Shown here piece by piece: positions 8,268 through 19,002 of a stretch of 64,000 nucleotides of DNA (positions are counted from its first letter, which is position 1; each line of letters begins with the position of its first letter). The position numbers were made by a program, and so were the translations under genes. The stretch is from an uncultured Alphaproteobacteria bacterium (GTDB taxonomy: Bacteria; Pseudomonadota; Alphaproteobacteria; Rhizobiales; Xanthobacteraceae), in NCBI GenBank assembly GCA_963741595.1, contig CAVUIV010000008.1, forward strand, positions 172,587 through 236,586, read 5' to 3'. The notes beneath the pieces are model-generated. The model worked only from the letters and a program-made list of their open reading frames with translations, did not search any database and was not told where the DNA came from.

Positions 8268-9809
8268 GTGGCGAAGCAGGACGGTCAGCCGGATGGTATG
8301 TCGACCCCACTCGGGTCAGGGGGCGGCGGTGCGACGGGGTCTCCCGGCATCGGCTCCAACACGGCGCCCCATCTCGCCTATCACGACTTGCGGAAATGGC
8401 TGGAGGAAGCCGAGAAGCTCGGCGAGGTGAAGCACGTCAAAGGGCTGTCTTGGCAGAAAGACATCGGCATGGTGTCGGAGATGGCGGCGCATACTGACAA
8501 TGCGCCGTGCTTCGTGTTCGAGGACGTGCCCGGATCGTTGCCCGGCAGCCGCGTGCTGCTCAATTTCTTCGATGGCAAGCGCAAGAACATGACGTTGGGC
8601 TTCCCGACCGGGATGTCGAAGGTCGAGCTCAGCGAGGGCTTCCGCACCCACTATGCCGCCGACATGAAGCGGATCCCGCCGAAATACGTCGAAACCGGTC
8701 CGGTGATGCAGAACGTGCTCACCGGCGACCAGATCGACATCACCAAATTTCCGGCGCCGCAGTGGCACGCCAAGGATGGCGGCCGCTACATTGGCACTGG
8801 CTGTTACACCATCATCCGCGATCCGGACGATGGCTGGATCAACTGCGGGACCTACCGCGTCATGATTCACGACGCGAATTCCTGCGGGCTCTACATCTCG
8901 CCGGGAAAACAGGGCCGGCAGATGCGCGACAAATACAAGGCGCGCAAACAGCCGATGCCGATCGCCGTTGTTCTGGGCGGCGATCCGATGAGCTTTCTGA
9001 TGGGCTGCAGCGAGATTCCGCAAGGCGTCAGCGAATTCGAGGTCATCGGCGGCATGCGCGGTTCGCCGGTCGAGGTGATCAAGGGGCCGGTGACCGGTCT
9101 GCCGATCCCGGCCAATGCCGAAATCGTCATCGAAGGCTTCGTCGAACCCGACAACATGCGTGTCGAAGGTCCGTTCGGAGAATGGACCGGCTACTACGCA
9201 ACCGGCGCAGCGCAGGAGCCGGTGCTCGACATCAAGGCGATCTACCACCGCCATGAGCCGATCTTGCTCGGCTGCGTGCCGGAGCGGCCGCCGGACGAGA
9301 TCTGCCGCTACCGCGCGATCGTGCGGTCGGCGCTGCTGCGCGAGAACATCGCCAAGGCGGGCGTGCCCGCGGTCACGGCGGCCTGGGCGCACGAGGTCGG
9401 CAACGCGCGGCTGTTGCTCGCGGTTGCGGTCAACCAGCGCTATCCCGGCCACGCGAAGCAGGCCGGGCACATCGCGTCGATGTGCCATGTCGGCGCTTAT
9501 TTCGGTCGCTACACGATCGTGGTCGATGACGATATCGACGTGTCCGACATCAACTCCGTGCTGTGGGCGTTGCTCACGCGGTCCGACCCGGCCACCTCGA
9601 TTGAGATTATCCGCGGCGCCTGGTCGACGCCGCTTGATCCGCGCATCGAGCCGGAGCGCCGGGCGGTCGGCGATTACACCAACAGCCGGGCGGTGATCGA
9701 CGCTTGCCGCCCGTACCACTGGAAGGATCAGTTCCCCGAGGTTAACGCCCCGTCGCCGGAGGATAAGGCCTTGGCAATCCGCAAATTCGGCCACTTGTTC
9801 GAGAACTGA
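8268..9809 (+). CDS. UbiD-family (prFMN-dependent) decarboxylase, canonical type
   Basis: Intact 513 aa ORF with the canonical loop VEGPFGEWTGYYA. It is transcribed divergently from the CoA ligase and is followed by ubiX. Confidence 0.85.
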   Translation: MAKQDGQPDGMSTPLGSGGGGATGSPGIGSNTAPHLAYHDLRKWLEEAEKLGEVKHVKGLSWQKDIGMVSEMAAHTDNAPCFVFEDVPGSLPGSRVLLNFFDGKRKNMTLGFPTGMSKVELSEGFRTHYAADMKRIPPKYVETGPVMQNVLTGDQIDITKFPAPQWHAKDGGRYIGTGCYTIIRDPDDGWINCGTYRVMIHDANSCGLYISPGKQGRQMRDKYKARKQPMPIAVVLGGDPMSFLMGCSEIPQGVSEFEVIGGMRGSPVEVIKGPVTGLPIPANAEIVIEGFVEPDNMRVEGPFGEWTGYYATGAAQEPVLDIKAIYHRHEPILLGCVPERPPDEICRYRAIVRSALLRENIAKAGVPAVTAAWAHEVGNARLLLAVAVNQRYPGHAKQAGHIASMCHVGAYFGRYTIVVDDDIDVSDINSVLWALLTRSDPATSIEIIRGAWSTPLDPRIEPERRAVGDYTNSRAVIDACRPYHWKDQFPEVNAPSPEDKALAIRKFGHLFEN

Positions 9810-9886
9810 CCAAAGTGGTAACCACTGGCTAGTACCGTTACCCGGGCGAGCCCACCTCGGTTCACCCGGACTGGAGAGGACTTTCG

Positions 9887-10510
9887 ATGCGACGCCTTAT
9901 CATCGGCATGACCGGGTCGACCGGCGCTATCTTCGGCGTGCGTTTGCTGGAGGCCTTGAAGCAGGCCGGCGACGTCGAGTCGCATCTCGTCATCAGCAAG
10001 TGGGCGCAACGCACCATCGAGCACGAGACCAATTACACGGTCGAGCAGGTGAGGGCGCTCGCAAGCGTCGTGCATTCGCCGGGCGACATGGGCGCGACGC
10101 TCTCCTCAGGCTCCTTCCTGACCGAGGGGATGGTGGTGATCCCATGCTCGGTGCGAACGCTGGGCGGCATCGCGCAAGGGGTTGGCGACCATCTCGTGCA
10201 TCGTGCCGCCGACGTGGTGCTCAAGGAGCGGCGCAAGCTTGTGCTGGTCGTGCGCGAGACGCCGCTCTCCGAGGTGCATCTCGAGAACATGCTCAAGCTG
10301 TCGCGCATGGGCGTGGTGATGCTGCCGCCGATGCCGGCATTCTACAATCATCCGCAGTCGGTGGACGACGTGGTCAATCACATCGTCATGCGCGTGCTCG
10401 ACCAGTTCGACATTTCGGCGCCGAACGCCAAGCGCTGGGACGGCCACATGCATACCGCGGCCAAGATCGTCACGGTGCCGACCGGGCAGGCGACCAAGAG
10501 CGGCACGTAA
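9887..10510 (+). CDS. ubiX: UbiX/Pad1 flavin prenyltransferase (prFMN synthase)
   Basis: Intact 207 aa ORF with the motifs RLIIGMTGSTGAIFGVRLLE, VIPCSVRTLGGIAQG and LVLVVRETPLS. Confidence 0.9.
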   Translation: MRRLIIGMTGSTGAIFGVRLLEALKQAGDVESHLVISKWAQRTIEHETNYTVEQVRALASVVHSPGDMGATLSSGSFLTEGMVVIPCSVRTLGGIAQGVGDHLVHRAADVVLKERRKLVLVVRETPLSEVHLENMLKLSRMGVVMLPPMPAFYNHPQSVDDVVNHIVMRVLDQFDISAPNAKRWDGHMHTAAKIVTVPTGQATKSGT

Positions 10511-10516
10511 CCCCTC

Positions 10517-11259
10517 TCACTTTTCGCCATAGGTCGATTTCGAGATGTCCGGCACCGAGAGGCCGCCGTCGATCGCCTTGCAGCGAGCATCCTCGGCCCT
10601 CGCCTTCTTCTCGGCCTCTTCGAGCACTTCCATGATCTTGTCGCGCGGGATGAAGCAGACGCCGGTGTCGTCGGCGACCACCAGATCGCCGGGGTGCACC
10701 TGCACGCCGCCGATCATGACCGGGCCGTTGATCTCGGCCGCCTCGATCCGCCATTTGCCGGTGACCGGCGTGATGTCGCTCGCCCAGATCGGATAGCCGA
10801 CCGCGCGCTGAATGCGCGATGTCGCGGATGCCGCCTTGCACGATGGCGCCGACTTCGCCCTGGCGCTTGCCGGTCTGCGCCGAGTTGCCGCCCATGTTGG
10901 AGATGTTCGGCACGCCCTCGATCACCAGGACGTCGCCCGGCTGTCGCGAGGTTGTGACACTCGAACTCGGCCATCTTGTTGACGTGGTCGCGCGCGCCGG
11001 CGAGCGGGTCGATGCGTTGCAGGATGTTGCGGAGGGTCAGCGCCGGCCCGACCATGATGGTGCCGGGCATCGTCGGCTTGAGCACCGACGCGCCGACCGC
11101 GCCGAGCGGGATGCCGAGCTCGTCCATGGTGTCGGAGATGACGCCGGTGCAGTCGCCGAGCTTCTTGAAGCGCTCGACCACGCCGGCGGGCGGGCGCGGC
11201 ACGTCCATCATCTTGATTTTTTCCCGCGCGATGCGGCCGGTCAGTTTTTTCTCTGCCAT
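10517..11259 (-). pseudogene. RraA / 4-hydroxy-4-methyl-2-oxoglutarate aldolase-family protein, at least 2 frameshifts
   Basis: Three fragments: ORF 10714..11259 (MAEKKLTGRIAREKIKMMDVPRPPAGVVERFKKLGDCTGVISDTMDELGI...), a middle part in the 10470..10925 frame (VIEGVPNISNMGGNSAQTGKRQGEVGAIVQGGIRDI), and ORF 10517..10717 (MIGGVQVHPGDLVVADDTGVCFIPRDKIMEVL...). Confidence 0.7.
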
Positions 11260-11278
11260 CGCTTACACTCCCACTGTT

Positions 11279-12274
11279 TCAATCCAATTGAATCTTTGCG
11301 TTCTTGATGACCTTTGCGAGGCGCGCCGTTTCGCGCTCAATATGCGCCCGGAACTGCGCCGGCGTATTGCCGACCACGTCAGCGCCTTGGTCGGACATCT
11401 TGGCGCGCAGCGTTTGATCCTTGAGCACGTCGATCGTGTTGGCGTGCAGCAGGTCGACAATGGCCTGCAGGCGTCTTCGCCGGCGCCAGCAGGCCGAACC
11501 AGGTCCCGGTCTCGTAATCGAGGCCGCCTTCCTTGAAGGTCGGCACATCCGGCAGGAGCGGCGACCGCTTGTCGGCGGCGATCGCGATCGGCTTGAGATT
11601 GCCGCTTGCGCACCAGCGACAGGCACCGGCAACACGCTCGCGAACAGCATCTGCACTTGATTGCCGGTGACGGCGATGGCGGCCGGGCCGCCGCCGTTGA
11701 ACGGCACGTGCACGATGTCGGCGCCGGTCATCGACTTGAACAGTTCGGTCGCGAGATGCGGACCCGAGCCCGCGCCATAGGAGGCGTAGTTGAGCTTGCC
11801 GGGATTGGCCTTCACATACGCGATGAATTCGGCCAGCGTGTTGGCGGGGAACGACGGATGCACCACCAGCATCGTCGGCGCGTTGGCGAGCAGCGAGATC
11901 GGCACAAGGTCGGTGGCGGGATCGTATCCGAGCTTGCGGTAGAGCGACGGATTGGCGGCGATCCCGAGGCTCGCCATCACCAGCGTGTAGCCGTCGGGTT
12001 TCGCCTTGGCGACGAGCTGCGTGCCGAGATTGGTGTTGGCGCCGGGGCGGTTGATCACCACGAAGCTCTGTCCGAGCTGGCGCGCCAGCCCATCGGCGAA
12101 GAGCCGCGCCAGCACGTCGGTGCCGCCGCCGGCCGCGAACGGCACCACGATTTCGACCGTCCGAGCGGGGTATTTGTCCTGCGCTGCGGCCGGCGGCAAC
12201 CAGGCGGTGGCCGAGGCGGCAGCAGTTGCTATCGCCAGGAGAAGGGGTGTGAAACGGGGATAATAAAAGGTCAT
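11279..12274 (-). pseudogene. Bug/TctC-family substrate-binding protein with a compensating frameshift pair
   Basis: Track ORF 11279..12379. It starts at MTFYYPRFTPLLLAIATAAASA and has good Bug sequence up to about 11640 and again from about 11460 (AIVDLLHANTIDVLKDQTLRAKMSDQG...). The roughly 180 nt in between are out of frame. Confidence 0.75.
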
Positions 12275-12489
12275 ATCAAATCCGCTTGATCGTCGGTGCT
12301 GTGCTGTCGATTGCGCGCGGACGGTGCCATTGTCAACACGGTGCGACAACCGCGCCTGCTTGCCGGCTCGTGTTCGCACCGGTACCGTACCGTGGCGGCC
12401 TTATCTGTAGCAAAGGCTCATTCCGATGATCGATTTCTAGGGGTGTCCGAGAGATTTCGCATGTCGCGCATAGCGTCGGTGAGGCAAGA

Positions 12490-13542
12490 ATGGACAGAAG
12501 CATGAGGCGCCTGCTGGCCGGTTTCGCCGCCTTCATCGGCCTCTGTGCAATCGCGCAGGCGCAGCCGGCCGCCGAATTCTACAAAGGCAAGACCATCCGC
12601 GTGATCGTCGGTACCTCGCCGGGAGATTACGACGCCTGGGTGCGGCTCGTGGTGCGCTATCTGCCGCAATATATTCCGGGGCAGCCGAGCTTCGTGGTCG
12701 AGAACATGCCCGGCGCGGGGTCGCTGATCGCCGCCAATCATCTCTTCAATCGGGCTGCCCGTGACGGAACGGTGCTCGGATCGGTTAGCCGCAACATTCC
12801 GCACTACGCCTTTGCCAAAAAGGCCAACGCGAACTTCGATCCGCTCAAATTCGGCTGGATCGGCAGCCCGGAGGTCAACAATCGCGGCTGCTTTGCCCGT
12901 ACCGATTCCGGCGTGAGGTCGCCGCGCGACCTGTTCGAACGCGAGCTGCTGATGGGCACCGATGGCGCGGGGACGTCGCTATCGGAAATGCCGGTGCTGT
13001 TGAAAAATCTGCTCGGAATGAAATTCCGCACCGTCGATGGCTACAAGGGCTCGAACGACGTCGTGCTGGCAATCCAGCGCGGTGAGGTGCAAGGCATCTG
13101 CCAGACGTTGTCCGCTTTTGCGCAATCGGCGCAGCATCTGCTCGACAACGGGACGGTCCGGCTTCTGTTCACGACCGAGCGCGACCGCGTTCCTGGCTCC
13201 AAGGCTCCGACCATCTTCGAATTCACCACCGACGACGAGCAGCGAGCGATCCTGGATTTCCAGGCATCGGCGCTGGAGACCGGTCGGCCCTGGTTGACGC
13301 CGCCGGACGTTCCAGCGGAGCGGATCGCGGTGCTGCGGCGGGCCTTCGATGCGGCGATGCAGGATCGCGCGTTGCGGGATGACGCCCAGAAGCGGGGCTT
13401 CGAGATCAATCCGCGCACCGGCGAGCAGATCGAGGCGGTGCTGCGCAAGGCCGCGGCCTTCCCGCCGGAGCTGCTGGCCAAGCTCGCCGACGCTGACCGA
13501 AACGGTAGCCACGAGTTTCCTTTCCCGCCAATTGTGCTCTAG
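12490..13542 (+). CDS. Bug/TctC-like periplasmic substrate-binding protein
   Basis: Intact 350 aa ORF with a signal peptide, the motifs VVENMPGAGSLIAANHLF and TVDGYKGSNDVVLAIQRGEVQG, and Bug-like length and architecture. Confidence 0.7.
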   Translation: MDRSMRRLLAGFAAFIGLCAIAQAQPAAEFYKGKTIRVIVGTSPGDYDAWVRLVVRYLPQYIPGQPSFVVENMPGAGSLIAANHLFNRAARDGTVLGSVSRNIPHYAFAKKANANFDPLKFGWIGSPEVNNRGCFARTDSGVRSPRDLFERELLMGTDGAGTSLSEMPVLLKNLLGMKFRTVDGYKGSNDVVLAIQRGEVQGICQTLSAFAQSAQHLLDNGTVRLLFTTERDRVPGSKAPTIFEFTTDDEQRAILDFQASALETGRPWLTPPDVPAERIAVLRRAFDAAMQDRALRDDAQKRGFEINPRTGEQIEAVLRKAAAFPPELLAKLADADRNGSHEFPFPPIVL

Positions 13543-13575
13543 AACACCCCGATCGTGGTACCGCGGGAGGATCTG

Positions 13576-14392
13576 TTGGACATCAAGGGTAAGGTTGCCG
13601 TCGTCACCGGAGCGAGTTCGGACGAGGGCATCGGGACGGAATGCGCGAAGATTCTGGCGTCGCGCGGTTGCAACGTCGTGGTCAACTACGCGAGCAACAA
13701 GGCCGGCGGCGAGGCGATCGTCGCGGCCTGCAAGGCGGCGGGCGCCGACGCCATCGCGGTGCAGGGCGACGTCTCGAAGGACGAGGATTGCCAGCGGCTG
13801 GTGCAGGCCGCGATCGACAAATGGGGCCGGCTCGACGTCCTCGATCAACAATGCCGCCACCACCAAGCCGATCCCGCACAAGCGCATGGACCTGCTCAAC
13901 GCCGACGAGTTTCAGCGCATCTTTGCCGTCAACGTCATCGGCACCTATCAGATGACGCGCGCGGCTGCGCCGCATCTCAAGAAGACCGGCGACGCGCGCC
14001 ATCGTCAACATCTCGTCGGTCGGCGCGATGCGCGCCGGCGGTTCGTCGATGGCCTATACCGCGTCGAAGGCGGCGATCAACAATCTCACGCTCTCGACCG
14101 CGCGCGCGCTGGCGCCGGAGGTGCGGGTCAATGCGCTGTGTCCGGGCGGCATGCTCGGCCGCTGGACGCGCAAAATCCTCACCGAGGAGCAGTATCAGGA
14201 GCGGCTCAAGGCGGCGGCAAGTCGCAATATCCGCTGAAGCGCGGCATCTGGCCTTATGACGTCGCGGTCGCGGCGCTGTTCCTGGTCGAAGGCGCGACCA
14301 CGATGACCGGCGAGTGCATCCGCATGGATTGCGGCCAGCACCTCGGCGAGACCAGCACGCAATCGGCGGCGGCGGCGACCCGCGGCGCGTGA
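13576..14392 (+). pseudogene. SDR-family oxidoreductase, about 3-4 frameshifts
   Basis: The fragments run KGKVAVVTGASSDEGIG... (ORF 13555..14259), then LINNAATTKPIPHKRMDLLNADEFQRIFAVNVIGTYQMTRAAAPHLKKTGDA (13349..14392 frame), then MAYTASKAAINNLTLSTARALAPEVRVNALCPG (ORF 14028..14237), then YPLKRGIWPYDVAVAALFLVEGATTMTGECIRMDCGQHL. A TTG start at 13576 follows GGGAGG. Confidence 0.75.
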
Positions 14393-14459
14393 TCGCTGCG
14401 CTAGACGACGATCCGATCTAGTTGACTCGGATCGTCGCCCGGAATGATCATGCGCTGCG

Positions 14460-14816
14460 TCAACTCAGGCTCCCGATGCAGGTCTGCACGAACTCGCGCA
14501 GCTTCTTGCCTTTGAGATTGTCCTGCTTGCCCTGTCGATGCTGGCATTCCTTCTGCGCCTTCGCCGCCTTCTTCGCCGCCGCTCTTCGCTTCAGCCTTGC
14601 TTTCTCTTCCGGCGTCATTGCCTTCGTTTCGCTCGCGCTCTTCCTTCAGCTTGGCTTTTTCTTCGGCGGTCATAGCCCCTTCTTCGCTTTCGTTGCCGGC
14701 GCTGGTCCTGTCCGGCTGGCGGCGCTTGTTCCGTCTGCGATTGGGCATAGCTGCACGCTGCCGAGGCCGATCGGCAACGAACCGCGGCGATCAGAAGCGT
14801 GCGCGAGACGAGGCAT
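14460..14816 (-). pseudogene. Small Lys/Glu-rich secreted protein, PsiF-like C-terminus, frameshifted
   Basis: My own three-frame reading gives a signal-like start MPRLA.., then TAEEKAKLKEERERNEG, then in another frame MTPEEKARLKRRAAAKKAAKAQKECQHRQGKQDNLKGKKLREFVQTCIGSLS*, which is a PsiF-repeat-like C...GK..LKG...FV..C pattern. Confidence 0.3.
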
Positions 14817-14963
14817 GACGCTCTCCATGGTATTGTGGGAATTGATCGACTGTGATTGTCGTGAGATTGTTGCGAACGCAGTCTGCCAGACGAAGCCATA
14901 CAGCACCGCTATTGCAGCAAAGCGTTGCCGGCAGAGCCGTCGAATCTGGCAGAACTGCGACAT

Positions 14964-16160
14964 TTATGCCGCCGCTACACTCGGCGGCACCGGGCTGCTT
15001 GAACTCCTTGAGCCGCGGCAGGATTTCCTTGGCCAGCAGCGTGAGGCTGTCGCAGGTGTCCTCGTGGTTGAGGAAGCCGGCCTGCGCCATCACCAGCAGG
15101 TTGCTCATGCCGCCGGTGTATTCGATGAAGTCCTTGATCTGCTGGTAGCACTGGTCGGGCGTGCCGCAGACCATCAGCACGGAGTCGATCAGGTCCTGCA
15201 GGCTGCCGGTGCGCATGTCGATGACGCGGCCGTCCTTGGTGAAGCTGCGCGTCCGGCGTCATGCCGCGCATCAGCCGCACGTTGTCGTCGACCGAGAGAT
15301 AGCCGGGCGGATTCTTGAACGGCGGATAGACGTTGGCGCCGGTGCGCAGATAGCCGGCGACCAGTTCGCCGCGCCGGCGCGCCTCGGCCTCGTTGTGCGC
15401 GGTCGCGAACAGCGCGAGATAGGCGAAGCGGTCGCGGCCCGGGCATCGCGCCGTTGTGGGTCGACGCATAGCCTTCGCGATAGGCGTCGAACAGCGCCTT
15501 GGTGGCGTAGCCCGAGCCCAGGATCGCCATCACATAGCCGCGCTCGCCGAGCACGCGCGCATTGGTCTTGCTGGCGGTCGTGCTCCACACCGGCGGATGC
15601 GGCTGCTGCCACGGCCGCGGCCAGATGTTGACCTGCCGGTAGTGGAAGTGCTCGCTCTCCCAGTTGAACGGCCCGTCATGCGTGGTCATCGCCTTGATGA
15701 TGAAGTCGTGCGATTCCCAGAAGCGGTCCATGACGCCGACCGGATTGGCATTCGACGGCGCGAACTCGTACGGCACGCCCTTGATGAAGCCCATGTCGAG
15801 CCGGCCGCGCGAGATCACGTCGATGGTCGACGAGCTCCTCGGCGCAGCGCAGCGGATCGGGCCGGTGCCCGATCGGATAGCCGAGGATCAGGATGCGCGC
15901 GCGCTTGGTCTGCCGCGCCAGCACCGACAGGCTGACGATCGACGTCGAGTTCATGCAGGTCGCGGTCTGGTGATGCTCGTTGAGCATCAGGTCGAGACCG
16001 AGCTCGTCGGCCAGCAGGTATTCGTCGTGATAGCGATGGAACAGGTCGGCGGCGCGCTTGGGATCGCAGCGCCCGGTTGGGCAGGTCGACGCGCAGATAG
16101 CCGTGCGGATCGTTCCAGGCGTCGGGATAGGGATGCTCGCTGAAATGATAGATCTCTCAT
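14964..16160 (-). pseudogene. LLM-class (luciferase-like) flavin-dependent monooxygenase, at least 5 frameshifts
   Basis: The pieces are spread over ORFs 15676..16680, 15189..15818, 14975..15469 and 14791..15216. Examples are DLFHRYHDEYLLADELGLDLMLNEHHQTATCMNSTSIVSLSVLARQTKRARILILGYPIG, ISRGRLDMGFIKGVPYEFAPSNANPVGVMDRFWESHDFIIKAMT and GSLQDLIDSVLMVCGTPDQCYQQIKDFIEYTGGMSNLLVMAQAGFL. The ATG at 16158..16160 overlaps the upstream stop (ATGA), but the EIYHFSEHPYPDAW frame is already shifted. The 3' end is uncertain. Confidence 0.75.
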
Positions 16161-16984
16161 GACGAACGTCCTTCCATGAAGGCGTGAACGCGGCGCGCGA
16201 ATTCCTCCGGCTGCTCGAGATGCGGGAAGTGGCCGGCCTTCGCGATCGGTCTCGAAGCGCGCGCCCGGAATCGGCCGCGCATAGGCGCGGCCGTATGGCT
16301 CGGACAGGATGCGGTCGGCTGTCGCCCCACAGGAACAGCGTCGGAATTTTGATGCGGTGGAGCCGGCCCTTGAGCTTGGGGTCGTGCATGTAGGGCGACC
16401 AGGCGTAGCGCGCGGTGGCTTCGCGGTTGCGCGCCGCGGCGCGCACGTCCGCCTCCGGCATGGCCTTGTAGTCGCGCACGCCGAGCGCCGGATCGGCATA
16501 GGCGCGCTCGTTGAACTCCTGCTCGGGCATCGCGAAGATATCGGCGATGTCGCGGGTCTCGCGGTCGCCGACCTTGATGCCGACGGCGTTGGCCAGCACC
16601 AGCCGCGCCAGGCGCGCGGTCGACTTGACCGCCATCTCGGCCGCGATCCAGCCGCCGAGCGACACGCCGACCAGCGTCACGTCCTTGAGGTCGAGCTCGT
16701 CGAGCAGGTCGAGATAGAAATAGGCGAGGTCGTCGACGCTGTCGAATGACTGGCGGCTGCTCGGAAGCGCCGAAGCCCGGATGCGTCGGCGCGATCAGCC
16801 GCGCGCGCGCGGCGAGCCGGTCGAGCACCGGCGCGTCGGGATCGAGGCCGATGCCGGGATGCAGGAAGAGGAGTGGGGCGCCGGTTCCGCGTTCGACGGC
16901 ATCGATGCGAATGCCGTTGATCTTGATCGACGACAGCAAGTCCGTAGTCACCAATTCACCCCCGCCTTGACGGCCGATTTCCAT
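16157..16984 (-). pseudogene. Alpha/beta-fold hydrolase, about 3 frameshifts
   Basis: ORF 16157..16984 gives the N-terminus (GTGAPLLFLHPGIGLDPDAPVLDRLAARARLIAPTHPGFGASE) and the C-terminus (AGHFPHLEQPEEFARRVHAFMEG). The nucleophile elbow VTLVGVSLGGWIAAEMA lies in the ORF 15676..16680 frame. Confidence 0.75.
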
Positions 16985-17090
16985 CCCATCCCTTTGCTAT
17001 ATTATGGGAAATTCCGTGCGCCAATGAAATTCCACCGGCGCGGCGGTGGTGGACTGGTATTCCAAATTGGGGGACGCGTTCGTGCAAGAA

Positions 17091-17947
17091 ATGACCAAGC
17101 CGAGCTTCGAACTCCGCAAGAACGTTGACCTATGCCAACCATGACGGGGTCGAGCTGACCGGCGATCTCTATCTGCCCGAACGGGCCGGGACCGTTCCCG
17201 CTGATCGTCAACGTGCATGGCGGCTACTGGCGGCGCGGCTCGCGCGACACCTTCCAGCATTGGGGGCCGTATCTCGCCGAGCGCGGCTATGCCGGCTTCA
17301 CCATCAGCTATCGCCTGACCAAGCCGGGCAAGAAAGCACGTTTCCGGGCGTGGTGAGCGACGTGCGCGCCGCGGTGCAGTTCATGCGCGGCAGCGCCAAG
17401 GAGCTGCGGCTCGATCCCGAGCGCATCGCGATCTGGGGCAATTCCGCCGGCGCGCATCTTGCCGCGATGGTGGCGCTCGCGGGCGAGAGCCCGCTGTTCA
17501 AGAACGCCTATCCGCAGGACAAATTCGCGGCGCGTCAGCTCGAAGGTGAAGGTGCTGATCGGCACCTACGGCATCTACGACCTGCTGGCGCAGTGGAAGT
17601 ACTCGCAGATCCAGAATCCCGGCGACAACCTGGTGGAATCGCTGCTCGGCGCTTCGCCGATGCAGAACCGCAAGCTCTATTTCGATGCCTCGCCGATCAG
17701 CTACGCGACCGTCGACAACAACAAGACCGCGGTGTTCGTGATCTGGGGCACCGAGGACGACACGGTCGACTACCGGACGCAGTCGCTGGAATTCCTCACC
17801 GCGCTCAAGCAGGCGGAATTCCAGGCGCGGCCCTGCGTCGTGCACGGCGCGCCGCATTATTGGCTGAGCGATCCGATCGACGAGCCCGGCAGCCATTCCG
17901 GCTTCGTCGCGCCGCGGCTGGTGCGTTTCCTGGCGGAGCGGTTGTGA
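17091..17947 (+). pseudogene. Alpha/beta hydrolase (esterase/lipase-like), at least 3 frameshifts
   Basis: The start is MTKPSFELRKNV at ATG 17091. The frame then shifts to TYANHDGVELTGDLYLP (ORF 17125..17967), which also carries IAIWGNSAGAHLAAMVAL (GxSxG). The C-terminal half is in ORF 17459..17947 (VKVLIGTYGIYDLLAQW...VFVIWGTEDDTVDY...HGAPHYW). Confidence 0.7.
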
Positions 17948-17988
17948 CGGAACGGGAGCGGCGGTAGCTGGTCGCCCTGAACCGCACG

Positions 17989-18849
17989 CTAGGCTTTGGT
18001 GCCCTTGTTCAGGAACGCCATCAGCGCGGCGACCTCCTTCTTGTCGCCTTCGAAATCGCGCGCGACCTGCTCGTAGAAATGCGCCGCGCCAGAATAGAGC
18101 TCGTGGCCGGCCGGGTCCTCGCTGACGAAGTCGGCGATCTCGTGCATCTCGGCCACCCAGCGGTAGGCCTTGGGCGGCATGATCGACGAGCGAGCGCTGC
18201 ATGTAGGCGAGCATCTGCGGCTGGCTGTCCTTCAATTCGGCGAACAGCGCATCGGCCGATGCCGCCGCGTGTCGCCGCCAGCATCATGACGGCGGCGAGC
18301 GCCTGCGTGCCCTTGGTGATGCCGGCATAGGACATCTTCATCGCCGACGCGGCGGTCAGCGGCCCTGTCAGCACGCGCACGTCGAGACCGAAATTCTTCA
18401 GCTCGGCGAAGCGCGCCGGCATGCGTGCCGGAGGCGTAGAATCTCGGGCCGGCTTGCCGTCCTTGGGCGGTGGCGGCGAGCCGATGATGCCGGCATCCAC
18501 GAACGGCGAGCCGGTCGGCGCGATCACGGCCGCGACCCGTTCGGCGGTCGGCGGGCTGATGGCGTTGCAGTCGACGAACACCGGCTTGGCATTGCTGGCG
18601 GTGAGCGCGGGCGCGAACCGCTGCGCCAGCGCCACGGCGTCGCCCGGCGGCAGGATCGACAGGATGAAATCGGCGGCGGCGATCTCCTCGTCGCTCGCGG
18701 CGGTCAGGCCGGCGGCCTTGGCGCGCTTCGACGGTCTCGGCGCTGCGGCCGGTGAGCGAGGTCAGAACCTTGAGGCCGTGGGCGACCAGGCGTCCGCCGA
18801 CGGCGGCGCCCATCATGCCGGGGGCGACGACTGCAACGACTGGGTTCAT
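17989..18849 (-). pseudogene. NAD(P)-dependent oxidoreductase of the 6-phosphogluconate-dehydrogenase-like / DUF1932 type, at least 3 frameshifts
   Basis: The Rossmann motif MNPVVAVVAPGMMGAAVGGRLVAHGLKV is in ORF 18232..19257. The middle part is in ORF 18021..18635 (FVDCNAISPPTAERVAAVIAPTGSPFVDAGIIGSPP...MKMSYAGITKGTQALAAVMMLAA). The C-terminus is ORF 17989..18180 (MPPKAYRWVAEMHEIADFV...). Confidence 0.65.
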
Positions 18850-19002
18850 GACAACGATCTCCACCATGGGTCTGGTATTGGGCGAATCCTGCTGTGATCC
18901 GCCGGCGCTGGCAAGGCTTTCGAGCAGGAGATGCGGCTCTTGGCAAGACTGCACGTTTCGGCTTTGCTGCCGTCCCCGTTTCCCCAATGCAGGAATCCGC
19001 GC

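Noticed and set aside
1914-10510. A functional link between idi (DMAPP supply) and ubiX (a prenyl-FMN synthase that uses a dimethylallyl phosphate donor)
   Set aside because: The genes are 7 kb apart and on different strands, with unrelated genes between them. The co-occurrence could be chance, and the sequence offers nothing to support co-regulation.
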